A DNA stretch of 64,000 nucleotides from an uncultured Planctomycetia bacterium (GCA_964497315.1 CAZCCH010000007.1:4503-68502); one strand, 5' to 3'; numbered from the stretch's first letter, positions 17,394 to 27,682 are shown. Program-made: numbers and translations. The notes: generated by a model from the sequence alone, not told the origin.

Positions 17394-19640
17394 ATGAGAA
17401 GAAAGTTTTCGATAATCTTACTTTTATGTTTGGTCTTTGCGGGGTTTTCAGCGCACAGTACTTTTGCTGAACAATCACAAGAAGCCAAAGAGCCTGTTGT
17501 GTTGAATTTTTGGGAGCTTAGTGTAGGTGAAGAGCTTATGCGCGAGCTTTTGGATAAGTTTGAAAAAGAAAACCCGCACATTAAAGTAAGACTCCAGCAG
17601 CTTTCATGGGATTATGGTTTTGATAAGATAATACTTTCTATTGCAGCTGGTAATGCCCCTGATGTATGCGAGCTAGGTACAGACTGGGTGCCGAAGTTTT
17701 CATCAAGTGGTGTCCTTTTGGATATAACAGACGATGTCCAGGAGATAAAAGACGACTACCTCCTATGGGAACCCACCTACTACAAAGACAGAATTTATGG
17801 AGCCCCCTGGCTTGCTGGCACGAGGGTCATGTTTTACAACAGAGACCTTTTTTTTAAAGCAGGCCTAGACCCAGATAAACCCCCTACGACATGGGATGAG
17901 TTATTAAAGGCCGCAAGAAAAATACACAAACTAGGACCTGATGTCTATGGTTTTGGGATGTTTGCTGCTGAACCTTATGCACCCTGGCAGCAGTTTTTAC
18001 CGTTTGCCTGGGGAAACGGGGGAAGTGTTTTAAGTAAGGATTTATCAAAGGTAACAATAAACTCTCCTGAGGTTACAGAGGCCCTCCAGTTTTACAACAA
18101 GCTAAGGGATTACTCCATAGTTGACCGCCAACCCCAGATAAATACTATGTTTGCTCAAGAAAAGGTAGGTATACAGATATCAGGGTTTTGGAATTTTAAA
18201 CTTATCCCTAGGTTTAACCCTAAACTAAATTTCGGTGTTGCCCTCCTTCCGAAGCCCTCCTTATATAAAGGTTTTAGGGCAGCATTCGCAGGTGGGGAAA
18301 TTTTTGTAGTACTAAAAAATACAAAATACCCTAAAGAAGCACTAAAACTTATAAAGTTTTTAATAAAAGAAGAACATACCTTAGAGATAGTAAAGGTTCA
18401 GCATAATGTAGTGCCTACAAGTAAAACTTCATTAGATCATCCCTATTATAGAGCCCACCCGAATGAAAAGATTTTCTTCAAGCAAATGCTTACTGCCGTA
18501 GCCCCCCCAAATCATCCAGACTGGGTTTCCATACAGGAGGAGGTTACAAAACTCATAGAAGAGGTCATAATAGGTAACAAGCCTGTTAAAGAGGCCCTAG
18601 ATAGCGCTGCTTTTCGTATCGATGGGATATTAAAAAGAGAAAAGGTAACGGGACGCCTTACTGATAAATTGATAGCGCTTATAATTTGTATATTGGCACT
18701 CCTTTTAATAGTTGGTACATATATCACAAGAAAGATAAAAAAGAAAAAGTCCCAGATGCAGTTTTCTTTAAGGAAGCACTATACAACCCTGATATTTTTA
18801 TCGCCCTGGGTTGTGACATTTTTGGTTTTTGGAATTTATCCATTAGTTTACTCTGTAATAATAAGTTTGTGTAAATACAATCTTTTGAGTTCCCAGCTTA
18901 CATTTGCAGGATTAAGTAACTTTATAAGTGTTTTAAAAGACGTAGAATTCAGGCGCGCCGTGTGGCATACAATATATTTTGCTGCTGGCACCATACCATT
19001 TACAATGGCAATGGCGCTTTTTTGCGCGGTGTTGATAAATCAAAAAATACCTTTTAAGCAGCTTTACCAGGCAGGTCTTTTTATACCGGTTGCCACTTCA
19101 GTAATAGTTATAGCAACTATCTTTAGTTTTATCTATTCACCAGGGGGGCTTTTAAATGCAACTTTAGCAAAATTACAACTACCGTTTCCCAAGCCTAGCT
19201 GGCTTATGAATATAAAGTGGGCCTTACCTTCTATTATGTTTATGAATGTATGGGCAAGTTTTGGATACTACATGGTATTATTTTTAGCAGGCCTTCAGAC
19301 AATACCAAGCTCCTTGTATGAAGCAGCTTCTATAGATGGCGCAAATGAATGGCAACAATTCTGGCATATTACCTTGCCGCAGTTACGACCCATAATGCTT
19401 TTTGCAATGGTAATAAATACAATACGTACCTTCCAGGTGTTCCCTGAAATATTTGCTATGACAAGAGGAGGGCCTCTTGGGTCTACTACAACAATAGTTT
19501 ACTATCTATATGAAAAAGGCTTCCATAAATTCCAGATGGGCGAAGCGGCAGCTGTTGCGTATCTATTGTTTTTCATGATATTGGGATTTTCTCTTATACA
19601 GATGAAGTTTTTTAAGATGGGAGAGCAGACGGCAGAATGA
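17394..19640 (+). CDS. Carbohydrate ABC transporter: substrate-binding protein fused to a permease
   Basis: Signal peptide; family 1 SBP ('FEKENPHIKV', 'MFYNRDLF.KAGLDP'); then MalF-like TMD with EAA loop 'YEAASIDGA'. Confidence 0.9.
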   Translation: MRRKFSIILLLCLVFAGFSAHSTFAEQSQEAKEPVVLNFWELSVGEELMRELLDKFEKENPHIKVRLQQLSWDYGFDKIILSIAAGNAPDVCELGTDWVPKFSSSGVLLDITDDVQEIKDDYLLWEPTYYKDRIYGAPWLAGTRVMFYNRDLFFKAGLDPDKPPTTWDELLKAARKIHKLGPDVYGFGMFAAEPYAPWQQFLPFAWGNGGSVLSKDLSKVTINSPEVTEALQFYNKLRDYSIVDRQPQINTMFAQEKVGIQISGFWNFKLIPRFNPKLNFGVALLPKPSLYKGFRAAFAGGEIFVVLKNTKYPKEALKLIKFLIKEEHTLEIVKVQHNVVPTSKTSLDHPYYRAHPNEKIFFKQMLTAVAPPNHPDWVSIQEEVTKLIEEVIIGNKPVKEALDSAAFRIDGILKREKVTGRLTDKLIALIICILALLLIVGTYITRKIKKKKSQMQFSLRKHYTTLIFLSPWVVTFLVFGIYPLVYSVIISLCKYNLLSSQLTFAGLSNFISVLKDVEFRRAVWHTIYFAAGTIPFTMAMALFCAVLINQKIPFKQLYQAGLFIPVATSVIVIATIFSFIYSPGGLLNATLAKLQLPFPKPSWLMNIKWALPSIMFMNVWASFGYYMVLFLAGLQTIPSSLYEAASIDGANEWQQFWHITLPQLRPIMLFAMVINTIRTFQVFPEIFAMTRGGPLGSTTTIVYYLYEKGFHKFQMGEAAAVAYLLFFMILGFSLIQMKFFKMGEQTAE

Positions 19641-20932
19641 AACGCTCCTCGATTATAATAACAAGTTGCATAGTTATTCTAACCATTGTCTTAATATTGA
19701 CTATGGTCCCACTTATATTGATGTTTCATACATCCATTAAGACAGGTGGAACCCTTTTTGAGAACGTGGACCAAATTTTAGTTGCAGATTTTGATAGGGG
19801 TACAACTAACTCTATAGGTGGGCCTATTGCTGTAAATGTAGGCGTACCTTCCTGGGTGAATTTTTCATTTTTAGAAGATACAGCAAAGGGTGGTCGATTT
19901 GTTCAGATAGATTTCTTTAAAGAAACACAAGGTGAAGCAATATGGTGGACAAGGCTTGGACAAGATATGCGCAGGTTCTCAAGGCTTGAGGTGTTAGTTA
20001 GGGGTTTAAGTGGAGACGAAAGCTTTAGCTTGGGCTTTAGGGATGTTAAGGGGCGAAAGACACTTTTACCTATTTCAAATTATACAAAGGATGGCTTAAA
20101 GGATGTCTGGCAAAAAATAGTAATCCCAACGAGGGATTTTGATTTTTCTTTAATAAACCCCAAGTTTAGAGAAAAGTCTGCAGAAGATTTTATTATAAGC
20201 TTTAATAAGCCATCAAGTGGCGCTATCCAAATTGACGATGTCAGACTTTATTTTCGTCCTTTTACCTTAGATAATTATGTAGATGTATTAATAAGTGGAC
20301 CATTTGGAAGGTATTTCTTTAATAGTGCCTTTATTGCATTTATAGTTGTCGGGGGAAATCTATTATTTAGTTCAATGGTAGGTTATGCCTTTGCCAGGAG
20401 AGATTTCCCATGGAAGAACCTTTTATTTATTTTGATATTAGGTTCTTTAATGATACCGCCACAGGTTTTCATGGTACCTGTTTTTATTTTAATGAAAAAC
20501 CTAAACTGGTTAAATACATATTGGGCCTTGACTTTGCCTACTTTGGTAACGCCATTCAATGTATTTTTAATGCGCCAATATATAAGTAAACTTCCTACAT
20601 CATTAGAAGACGCAGCCAGAATAGACGGTGCAAATGATTTTCAAATATTTTTTAAAGTGATAATGCCACTGGCCACACCTGCATTAGCAGTTGTTGGCAT
20701 AAATACTTTTATGGGCACCTGGAATACCTTCCTGTATCCGTTTATCTTAACAAATACCCCTCAAATGAGAACATTGCCAGTAGGTTTGGCTTTGTACAAA
20801 AGTCTGCAAGGTGTTGACTGGGTTCACCTAATGGCTGGTTCAGGTATTACCGCCATTCCTGTAATAATAGTCTTTTTGGCCTTTCAAAGGTATATCATAG
20901 CAGGACTTACCGCCGGATCTACTAAAGGATAA
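19637..20932 (+). CDS. Carbohydrate ABC permease (MalG-like) with an inserted CBM-like domain
   Basis: EAA loop 'LEDAARIDGA'; about 160-aa insert after TM1 ending 'WQKIVIPTRDF..GAIQIDDVRL'. Confidence 0.9.
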   Translation: MKRSSIIITSCIVILTIVLILTMVPLILMFHTSIKTGGTLFENVDQILVADFDRGTTNSIGGPIAVNVGVPSWVNFSFLEDTAKGGRFVQIDFFKETQGEAIWWTRLGQDMRRFSRLEVLVRGLSGDESFSLGFRDVKGRKTLLPISNYTKDGLKDVWQKIVIPTRDFDFSLINPKFREKSAEDFIISFNKPSSGAIQIDDVRLYFRPFTLDNYVDVLISGPFGRYFFNSAFIAFIVVGGNLLFSSMVGYAFARRDFPWKNLLFILILGSLMIPPQVFMVPVFILMKNLNWLNTYWALTLPTLVTPFNVFLMRQYISKLPTSLEDAARIDGANDFQIFFKVIMPLATPALAVVGINTFMGTWNTFLYPFILTNTPQMRTLPVGLALYKSLQGVDWVHLMAGSGITAIPVIIVFLAFQRYIIAGLTAGSTKG

Positions 20933-20936
20933 AAAA

Positions 20937-21935
20937 ATGAAACTAGGTGTTAGCTATTTTGGAAATAGGATGCCGCAGTCTGTAGAAGAGGACATGAAAA
21001 AAATCAAAGACAACGGCTGTAATTTTATTGTGCACACATTTAGTGAAACAGACCTTGAGTATTACCCAGGCACAATGGAGAAAATAGTTAACTCTTCTAA
21101 AAAATGCGGCCTTGAGGTATGGCTTGATCCCTGGGGGGTTGGTAGGGTATGGGGCGGCGAGAGTTATTCTGAACTTATTGCAAAAGATTTAGATGTACGC
21201 CAGATTAATGCAGAGGGCCATTCTTTACCTATAGCCTGTTTAAACAACCCTAGTTTTGTAGAATTTATGAAAAAATGGACAGACGCTGCCTTACAATGCG
21301 GGGCTGATGTGTTGTTTTGGGATGAACCGCATTTTTATATTTATCCTGAGGATGAAGGTTGCAGGGCGTGGGCGTGTAAATGTAAACACTGCCAAAAATT
21401 ATTCAAAAAAAGATTTAGCGAAGCTATGCCATCTCTTTTAAATGACAACCTAAGAGAGTTTAAGGAAGATTCAATAGTAGACTTTTTGACTAAGCTCTGT
21501 GATTATGCCAAAAAGAAAAACGTTATAAATAGTATGTGTTTTTTACCTTTTGAGAATTCCAGTACAGTCAATAATTGGGAGAAGGTGGCCAAGATAAAGA
21601 ATTTGGATATCATAGGTAGTGATCCATATTGGCGAAAAGGCCAGAGCGAAGAAGAGATAATAGAGCGCGTTGGTAGTTTTTCAAAGAGGATTCAAGATTT
21701 ATCTTTGAAGCATAACAAAGAAGGTCAGATTTGGATACTGAACTTCGCTATAGAAAAAGGAAAAGAATCAGATATAGAGTTAGCTGTTGAGACTGCATAC
21801 AAAGAAGGAATAAGAGATATTGCTGCATGGAGCTATTATGGCACCGCACAGATGTCGTCATTAGCCTGTGATGACCCTGAAACTACATGGAAGACATTAG
21901 GAAAGGTTTATAAAAGGTTAAGCAAATTGCCTTGA
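20937..21935 (+). CDS. Putative glycoside hydrolase, TIM-barrel, family unassigned
   Basis: 'MKLGVSYF..EEDMKKIKDNGCNFIV', 'CLNNPSF', 'FWDEPH', 'CKCKHC' (GH42-like features); sugar-operon context. Confidence 0.5.
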   Translation: MKLGVSYFGNRMPQSVEEDMKKIKDNGCNFIVHTFSETDLEYYPGTMEKIVNSSKKCGLEVWLDPWGVGRVWGGESYSELIAKDLDVRQINAEGHSLPIACLNNPSFVEFMKKWTDAALQCGADVLFWDEPHFYIYPEDEGCRAWACKCKHCQKLFKKRFSEAMPSLLNDNLREFKEDSIVDFLTKLCDYAKKKNVINSMCFLPFENSSTVNNWEKVAKIKNLDIIGSDPYWRKGQSEEEIIERVGSFSKRIQDLSLKHNKEGQIWILNFAIEKGKESDIELAVETAYKEGIRDIAAWSYYGTAQMSSLACDDPETTWKTLGKVYKRLSKLP

Positions 21936-21960
21936 CATGCCCAATAAGGCGTGGTAAAAT
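21932..21960 (+). promoter_or_regulatory. Sigma70 promoter of the ROK gene
   Basis: TTGACA-N17-TAAAAT with extended -10 TG. Confidence 0.7.
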
Positions 21961-22006
21961 CATTTAAAATTAAATTGTAAAGTTTAGAATAAAGTCGAGG
22001 GAAAAA

Positions 22007-23212
22007 ATGAAAAACCCTAATGTAGATAATCATAATTTTTCCGATAAAGAACGGAAAAACCTGGCTGTTTTGGAGTCAATAAAAAGAAATGGCCCAATAA
22101 GCAAGGCTGACATCTCCAAGATGACCAAGTTAAACATAGTTACAGTTTCAAATTATGTTAACACCTTTATTGAAAAAGGGTTAGTAATTGAAAAAGGCTT
22201 AGATGTTTCAAGTGGTGGACGCAGGCCAACAATGGTAGAACTAAGTCCTAAGGCCAATTATGTCATTGGCATAGACTTGGGTGTTAATAATATTATAGGT
22301 ATCCTTGGTGATTTGGATGCAAAGGTAATTCGCAAAGAAAAAGCAAAGAGGCCAAAGGACAGCGCAGAAAAGGTAATAAATACTATTGTTGAAATCATAG
22401 GCAAACTAATAAAGACCCCTGATGTAGACTCTAATAAGATAGCAGGTGTCTGTATAGGTGCCTCTGGAGTAATAGATAAAGAAGCAGGTACAGTCCGCTG
22501 TACAGAAGGTGTAGCAAGTATTTATGTGCCTATAAACAATATCCTAGAGCAAAAATTCGGTATTTCTACATTTATAGAGCATGATGCCACAGCAGCTGCT
22601 TATGGCGAGTGGTCATTAGGCTTAGGTGCTGAGGCAAGGGTTATGCTATATATGTATTCAGGTGTTGGCTGTGGGATTATAATAAACGGTGAGATATATC
22701 ATGGTGTCAGTGGAACTGCAGGTGAGGTAAGCCTTAAGGATTTGGTAGATTATTCATCTCACTGGGCCACTGAAACAGAGATATTAAAACCTTGGGCATT
22801 GCATTTAGGTCTACCAGATGCTGCAAAAAAGATCCTAGAAGAAAAGGGTTCTGACTCAAAGATATTCAAAGAAGCAGGTGGAGACCCCACAAAGATAACC
22901 ACAGATATAATATTCAGGGCTGCTAAAGAGAATGATAAACTCGCAGTTGAGCTTTTAAAAAAGGCAGGTGAGAGGCTTGGCGTGAGAATTTCATTTTTAG
23001 TAAATCTTCTAAATCCAGGTGTTGTGATTATCGGTGGTGGCATAGAACAAGCTGGCCCACCGCTTTTAGATACAATAAAGCAGATGATTAAGGCTTGCTG
23101 CTTTGAAGAAATGGCCGAGGCTGTAAAGATTATCCCAGCCCGGCTTGGGGAAGATGCCGTAGCCTTAGGCTCAGCGAGTCTTGTTATAAGAAGTGTTTTT
23201 GCACAGGCATAA
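22007..23212 (+). CDS. ROK-family transcriptional repressor (XylR/NagC-like)
   Basis: N-terminal wHTH 'ISKADISKMTKL', 'SSGGRRP', 'GIDLG', 'GVGCGIIINGEIYHG..GTAGE'. Confidence 0.9.
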   Translation: MKNPNVDNHNFSDKERKNLAVLESIKRNGPISKADISKMTKLNIVTVSNYVNTFIEKGLVIEKGLDVSSGGRRPTMVELSPKANYVIGIDLGVNNIIGILGDLDAKVIRKEKAKRPKDSAEKVINTIVEIIGKLIKTPDVDSNKIAGVCIGASGVIDKEAGTVRCTEGVASIYVPINNILEQKFGISTFIEHDATAAAYGEWSLGLGAEARVMLYMYSGVGCGIIINGEIYHGVSGTAGEVSLKDLVDYSSHWATETEILKPWALHLGLPDAAKKILEEKGSDSKIFKEAGGDPTKITTDIIFRAAKENDKLAVELLKKAGERLGVRISFLVNLLNPGVVIIGGGIEQAGPPLLDTIKQMIKACCFEEMAEAVKIIPARLGEDAVALGSASLVIRSVFAQA

Positions 23213-23298
23213 AATAGAATAAATAGTCTTAAGCCTACCTGATTAACCCCTAGAAAACATAAAGATAGAAATTGAAATGGTAATAAAGGAGGATACGT

Positions 23299-25662
23299 AT
23301 GCAATACGGTCATTTTTCAGAAGATAGAATGGAGTATATAATTACTAGACCAGATACGCCCAAACCATGGTTTAATTATTTGTTTAATAATTCCTATCAT
23401 GCACTTATCTCACAAACCGGAGGTGGTTTTAGTTATTATAAAGACCCGAAGTTTTATAGATTTTCAAGATACGATCACCTTTCAACCGACAGACCCGGTC
23501 GGTATTGTTTTATAAGAGATACAAAGACAAAAGATGCATGGAGTATTAATTGGCAGCCTGTTAGAAAAAAATTACAGAGCTGGCAATGTAGGCATGGGCT
23601 AGGCTACACAACGATAAATGCAAAAAATAAAGGGATATCTTCTGAATTGAGTTATATCGTTACACTTAAAGACCCCGCAGAATTATGGAAGGTAAAACTT
23701 ACAAACAATTCTAAAACTAAAAGGCGCTTAAAATTATTTCCCATGCTTGAGCTTATATGCGGGGATGTAGCCCTTGAGATACACTACAAAAACATCCTTA
23801 TGCTTTACAACCAGGCTAACTTTAATAAAAAACTTAAGGCAATAGTTGCATTTAAACATACATTTATCGCTGGGAAAGATTTTGGATTTGGGTTTATGGC
23901 GACAGATCAAGAGATAGAGAATTTTGATACAGTCCGTGATGCCTTCTGGGGTCCTTACAATGACTGCGGTATTCCTTTAGCTGTCTCAAATGGCAAATGC
24001 TCCAATAGCGAATGCCGCGGAGAAGAAATGTTATCCGCCTTAGAGATAGACGTAGAGTTAGAGGTTGGCGAAAGCAAGGAAATTGTTTTAGTAACGGGTT
24101 ATGCTGAAAAACAAGCAGATATTGAAAAGTTAATTGATAAATATGGTTCTGTAAAAAAGTTTGATGCAGAACTTGGAAAAATTAAAAAACACTGGAAGGC
24201 TGAAGTTGAAAGGCTTTATGTAAAAACCCCTGATGATGATTTTAACACAATGGTAAATATATGGGGTAAGTACCAGCTTTTTGCAATAACCCACTGGCGT
24301 GGGACTTCACACTATCATGGCGTAGAAGGAGGCTTGGGTTACAGGGATACCGCTCAAGATGCCGAGGGGCTTTTTTCACAAGATGCAAAGCTTGCAAAGG
24401 AAAAGCTAGAGAAGATTTTGTATTATCAGTATAATTGCGGGCATGCAGTCAGCGGGTTTTCAGATATTGAAGGTACCTGGGAGAAGATGGGCCAGGCAGG
24501 CCTTGTAATGAAGGCCGATGTAGCAGTATGGCTTCCCTATGCTGTTGTCTCATATCTTAAAGAAACAGGAGATTTTGATTACCTTGATAAAGTGGTACCT
24601 TTCCATGATGGCGGAGAGGCGACAGTCTATGAACATGTTTTAAGAGCAATAAGGTATCTATTTTCTGCTGTTGGCAAACACGGACTTCCTTTAATAGGAA
24701 AAGCTGATTGGAATGATGCCTATGATGCAGTTGGTATAAAAGGAAAAGGTGAAAGCATCTGGCTTGGTATGGCATTATGCCGGGCATGCAAACAGGTTGC
24801 AGAACTTGCAGATTATATCGGTGACTCGCATATAGCTGATGAGATGATGAAGATGTATGAAAAGATGCGCAAGGCTGTAAATAAAGCAGGTTGGGATGGC
24901 GATTGGTACCTGGCTGCATTTAATGATGAGGGCCTCAAGATCGGTTCAAAGCAAAATAAGGAAGGAAAAGTACCTTTAAATAGTCAGACATGGGCGATAT
25001 TAAGTGATGTGGTTACAAAAGAGAGACTTCCAAAGATATTACGCAAGATAGATAAATATCTTGATACGGATTTCGGACCGGCGCTATTTTTACCATCTTA
25101 CACCTCTTACAACCCAGGCATAGGCCGTGTTACTGCCTTTGCCGAAGGGACAAAAGAAAACGCCGCTGTATTTTCACATGCCTGTGCCTTTAAGATTGTA
25201 TCTGATTGTACACTTAAAAGAGCAAAAGAGGCCTTTGATACATACAAAAAGCTTTGCCCGATGAATAAGGCAAAACACGACCACGAAAAGTACAAGGTAG
25301 AGCCTTATGTCTGGTCAGAGTATGTCGTAGGCCCCGGCTCTAAGCATAGATTTGGAGAGGGTGCTTTTACATGGAACACAGGTACTTCTCCTTGGATGTT
25401 TACTGCTGCAACAGAGTGGATTCTAGGTGTGCGCAGAGAATTTAAAGGGCTTTTGATTGATCCATGCATACCAAGTAAATGGAAGGAATGTTTTATTAGA
25501 AGACCATTCAGAGGGGCAGTATATGAAGTTACAATAAAAAATCCCAAGGGCAGCACTCACGGTGTAAAGATAGTTTTAGTAGATGGTAAGGTGCAGACTT
25601 CAAATTTGATAATTCCTCATAGAGATGGAAAAACGCACAGAGTAGAAGTAGTAATGAAATAG
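23299..25662 (+). CDS. GH94 glycoside phosphorylase
   Basis: 'YGHFSED..EY.ITRPDTPKPW.N', 'GYRDTAQD', 'ADWND', 'GTKENAAVFSH', 'WNTGT'; SD AAGGAGG. Confidence 0.9.
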   Translation: MQYGHFSEDRMEYIITRPDTPKPWFNYLFNNSYHALISQTGGGFSYYKDPKFYRFSRYDHLSTDRPGRYCFIRDTKTKDAWSINWQPVRKKLQSWQCRHGLGYTTINAKNKGISSELSYIVTLKDPAELWKVKLTNNSKTKRRLKLFPMLELICGDVALEIHYKNILMLYNQANFNKKLKAIVAFKHTFIAGKDFGFGFMATDQEIENFDTVRDAFWGPYNDCGIPLAVSNGKCSNSECRGEEMLSALEIDVELEVGESKEIVLVTGYAEKQADIEKLIDKYGSVKKFDAELGKIKKHWKAEVERLYVKTPDDDFNTMVNIWGKYQLFAITHWRGTSHYHGVEGGLGYRDTAQDAEGLFSQDAKLAKEKLEKILYYQYNCGHAVSGFSDIEGTWEKMGQAGLVMKADVAVWLPYAVVSYLKETGDFDYLDKVVPFHDGGEATVYEHVLRAIRYLFSAVGKHGLPLIGKADWNDAYDAVGIKGKGESIWLGMALCRACKQVAELADYIGDSHIADEMMKMYEKMRKAVNKAGWDGDWYLAAFNDEGLKIGSKQNKEGKVPLNSQTWAILSDVVTKERLPKILRKIDKYLDTDFGPALFLPSYTSYNPGIGRVTAFAEGTKENAAVFSHACAFKIVSDCTLKRAKEAFDTYKKLCPMNKAKHDHEKYKVEPYVWSEYVVGPGSKHRFGEGAFTWNTGTSPWMFTAATEWILGVRREFKGLLIDPCIPSKWKECFIRRPFRGAVYEVTIKNPKGSTHGVKIVLVDGKVQTSNLIIPHRDGKTHRVEVVMK

Positions 25663-25671
25663 GTTAAAGCT

Positions 25672-26997
25672 ATGTCATTAAAAGTAGGTGTTTCAGGGGT
25701 TAGGGGAATATTTGGAAAATCTTTGACGAAAAATATAGCAGAGGTTTTTGCCTATGCCTTCGGTAAGTTTTGTAAAGGTAGAAAGATTTTAATAGGAAGT
25801 GACACACGTATAAGCGGACCACAAGTAAAAAAAGCCGTTATAAAAGGCCTTTTAAAATCAGGTGCAAAAATAATAGATTTGGGAATTTGCTCAACACCTA
25901 CAGTTTTATTTATGACAAGGAAGCTAAAGGCCGCAGGCAGCATTATAATAACCGCAAGTCATAATCCCAGGGAATGGAATGGTTTGAAGTTTGTAAGATG
26001 TGACGGTACATTTTTAAATGCTTCTGAGGCAAAAAAATTCTATGATATCTATTACAAAACAAAACCAATTCCTAAAAAACCAACCCCTAAAAGAAAAATC
26101 AACTTCCAAAAGAATGCAATAGATTTACATATAAAAGAAGTCTTGAAGCATTTAGATGTAAAATCCATAAGAACTAGAAAATTTAAAGTTGCTATTGATT
26201 ATTGCAATGGCACAGGCGCTGTAAGCACACCTAAGTTTTTAAAAAAACTAGGTTGTAAGGTTTTTCCAATAAATACAAAACCCGACGGTAAATTTGCACA
26301 TAATCCAGAACCTACTCCAAAAAATTTAGCACAGCTTTCTAAATTAGTTAAAAGAACTAAGGCAGATGTAGGTTTTGCACAAGACCCTGATGCAGATAGA
26401 CTTGCTGTTGTATCAGAGGCGGCAAAACCAATAGGTGAAGAAAATACACTCACACTTGCAGTTAAATATGTATTGTCAGGTTCAAAAAAGCAAAGAGTTG
26501 TTGTAAATCTATCTACTTCTCGTATGATAGATGATATCGCAAAAGAGTTTAGTGCGAAAGTTTACAGAACTGCAGTAGGGGAAACAAACGTTGTCAATAA
26601 AATGCGCAAGATTAATGCTATTATAGGTGGCGAGGGAAACGGTGGTGTGATTTATCCTGCTGTAAATTTTGGCAGGGATAGTTTTGTAGCAATGGGTCTA
26701 ATCTTACAATATATGGCTGCATCAAAAGAAAAAATTTCAAAATTAGTTAGTTTAATTCCACAATATAAAATGGTTAAGGTAAAATTTGAATGCAGTGCAG
26801 GAAAGACACCTGCAATTATTTCTAGAGTTAAAAAGAAATTTGGACATCAAAAGATTAATTACTTAGATGGTGTAAGAATTGATTGGCCAGATAGCTGGGT
26901 GCATATAAGGCCATCAAATACAGAGCCGATTATAAGAATTATCGCAGAGGCAAAAAGCATAAACAAGGCAAGACAATTAGCGAAAGAAGTTTTTTAG
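25672..26997 (+). CDS. Alpha-D-phosphohexomutase (phosphogluco/manno/glucosamine mutase)
   Basis: Phosphoserine motif TASHNP, metal motif DPDADR, 'GGEGNGG', 'RPSNTEP'. Confidence 0.9.
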   Translation: MSLKVGVSGVRGIFGKSLTKNIAEVFAYAFGKFCKGRKILIGSDTRISGPQVKKAVIKGLLKSGAKIIDLGICSTPTVLFMTRKLKAAGSIIITASHNPREWNGLKFVRCDGTFLNASEAKKFYDIYYKTKPIPKKPTPKRKINFQKNAIDLHIKEVLKHLDVKSIRTRKFKVAIDYCNGTGAVSTPKFLKKLGCKVFPINTKPDGKFAHNPEPTPKNLAQLSKLVKRTKADVGFAQDPDADRLAVVSEAAKPIGEENTLTLAVKYVLSGSKKQRVVVNLSTSRMIDDIAKEFSAKVYRTAVGETNVVNKMRKINAIIGGEGNGGVIYPAVNFGRDSFVAMGLILQYMAASKEKISKLVSLIPQYKMVKVKFECSAGKTPAIISRVKKKFGHQKINYLDGVRIDWPDSWVHIRPSNTEPIIRIIAEAKSINKARQLAKEVF

Positions 26998-27009
26998 TAA
27001 CTTTTTTTC

Positions 27010-27038
27010 TTGACTATATCTTAAAATTGTATTATTAT
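27010..27038 (+). promoter_or_regulatory. Probable sigma70 promoter
   Basis: TTGACT-N17-TATTAT. Confidence 0.5.
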
Positions 27039-27109
27039 TAACTTGTAATATAGTAAGTTAAAGATGGAGGAAAGAATTAAATTTAACGGTGGTTAGAGGG
27101 GAGTAATTT

Positions 27110-27214
27110 GTGGGTAAAACAAGGCATGTAAGATTGCCGCTAACTACCCCGACATTTATAGAATGGTCTAAATCAAAGGATCAGGCTAAAAGGATTTATT
27201 TTCTAAAATTCTAA
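27110..27214 (+). CDS. Possible 34-aa small protein (MGKTRHVRLPLTTPTFIEWSKSKDQAKRIYFLKF)
   Basis: GTG start after GAGGGGAG; hand-translated, below the ORF-track cutoff. Confidence 0.3.
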   Translation: MGKTRHVRLPLTTPTFIEWSKSKDQAKRIYFLKF

Positions 27215-27235
27215 TGCTTGATCTTTTTTATTGCC

Positions 27236-27655
27236 ATGATAAAGAGAAAAAGAGTAGTTGAAACAAGGGCTTTTCCCAGAATAGATGTGCATCACCTTGT
27301 AAAATATAGGGTTAAAAGTGATGCAAACTTTAAAGCCGTTATAGCAGGTGTTATAAATATAAGCGGAAATGGTATATTGTTCAAGGCTTCAAAACAGATA
27401 CCAAAAGACACAGAGTTGGAGCTGGAAGTAAACTTTCCAGGCCTTGAGAGACCATTTCAAGTAATTGCCAGGGTAGTAAGGAATCAGGTTAGGGACAAGG
27501 GTGGCTTTAAAGTTGCAGCGCACTTTACTGAAATAAAAGAGACCGAAAGAACCCAACTTGTAAGAAAGATAGATTTTGTCTTAAAAAAACTCAAAGAAAG
27601 AAAATCTTTCTTAATGCAGCTGAAAAAGAAAATAAAGAAGTTATTCGGCAGGTAG
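27236..27655 (+). CDS. PilZ-domain (c-di-GMP receptor) protein
   Basis: RxxxR 'ETRAFPR' and (D/N)xSxxG 'NISGNG'; 'ARVVR..VAAHF'. Confidence 0.85.
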   Translation: MIKRKRVVETRAFPRIDVHHLVKYRVKSDANFKAVIAGVINISGNGILFKASKQIPKDTELELEVNFPGLERPFQVIARVVRNQVRDKGGFKVAAHFTEIKETERTQLVRKIDFVLKKLKERKSFLMQLKKKIKKLFGR

Positions 27656-27682
27656 AATTTGCATTAAAGGGGGGCAGGGAAG

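Noticed and set aside
21961-21996. Possible ROK operator downstream of the ROK promoter (and at about 17348-17378)
   Set aside because: AT-rich with only a half-site-like ATAAAGT; no convincing palindrome shared between the two promoters.
22759-23313. 184-aa minus-strand ORF, and the many other short antisense or nested ORFs in the track
   Set aside because: They overlap well-supported genes on the other strand or frame and have no recognisable motifs or RBS.
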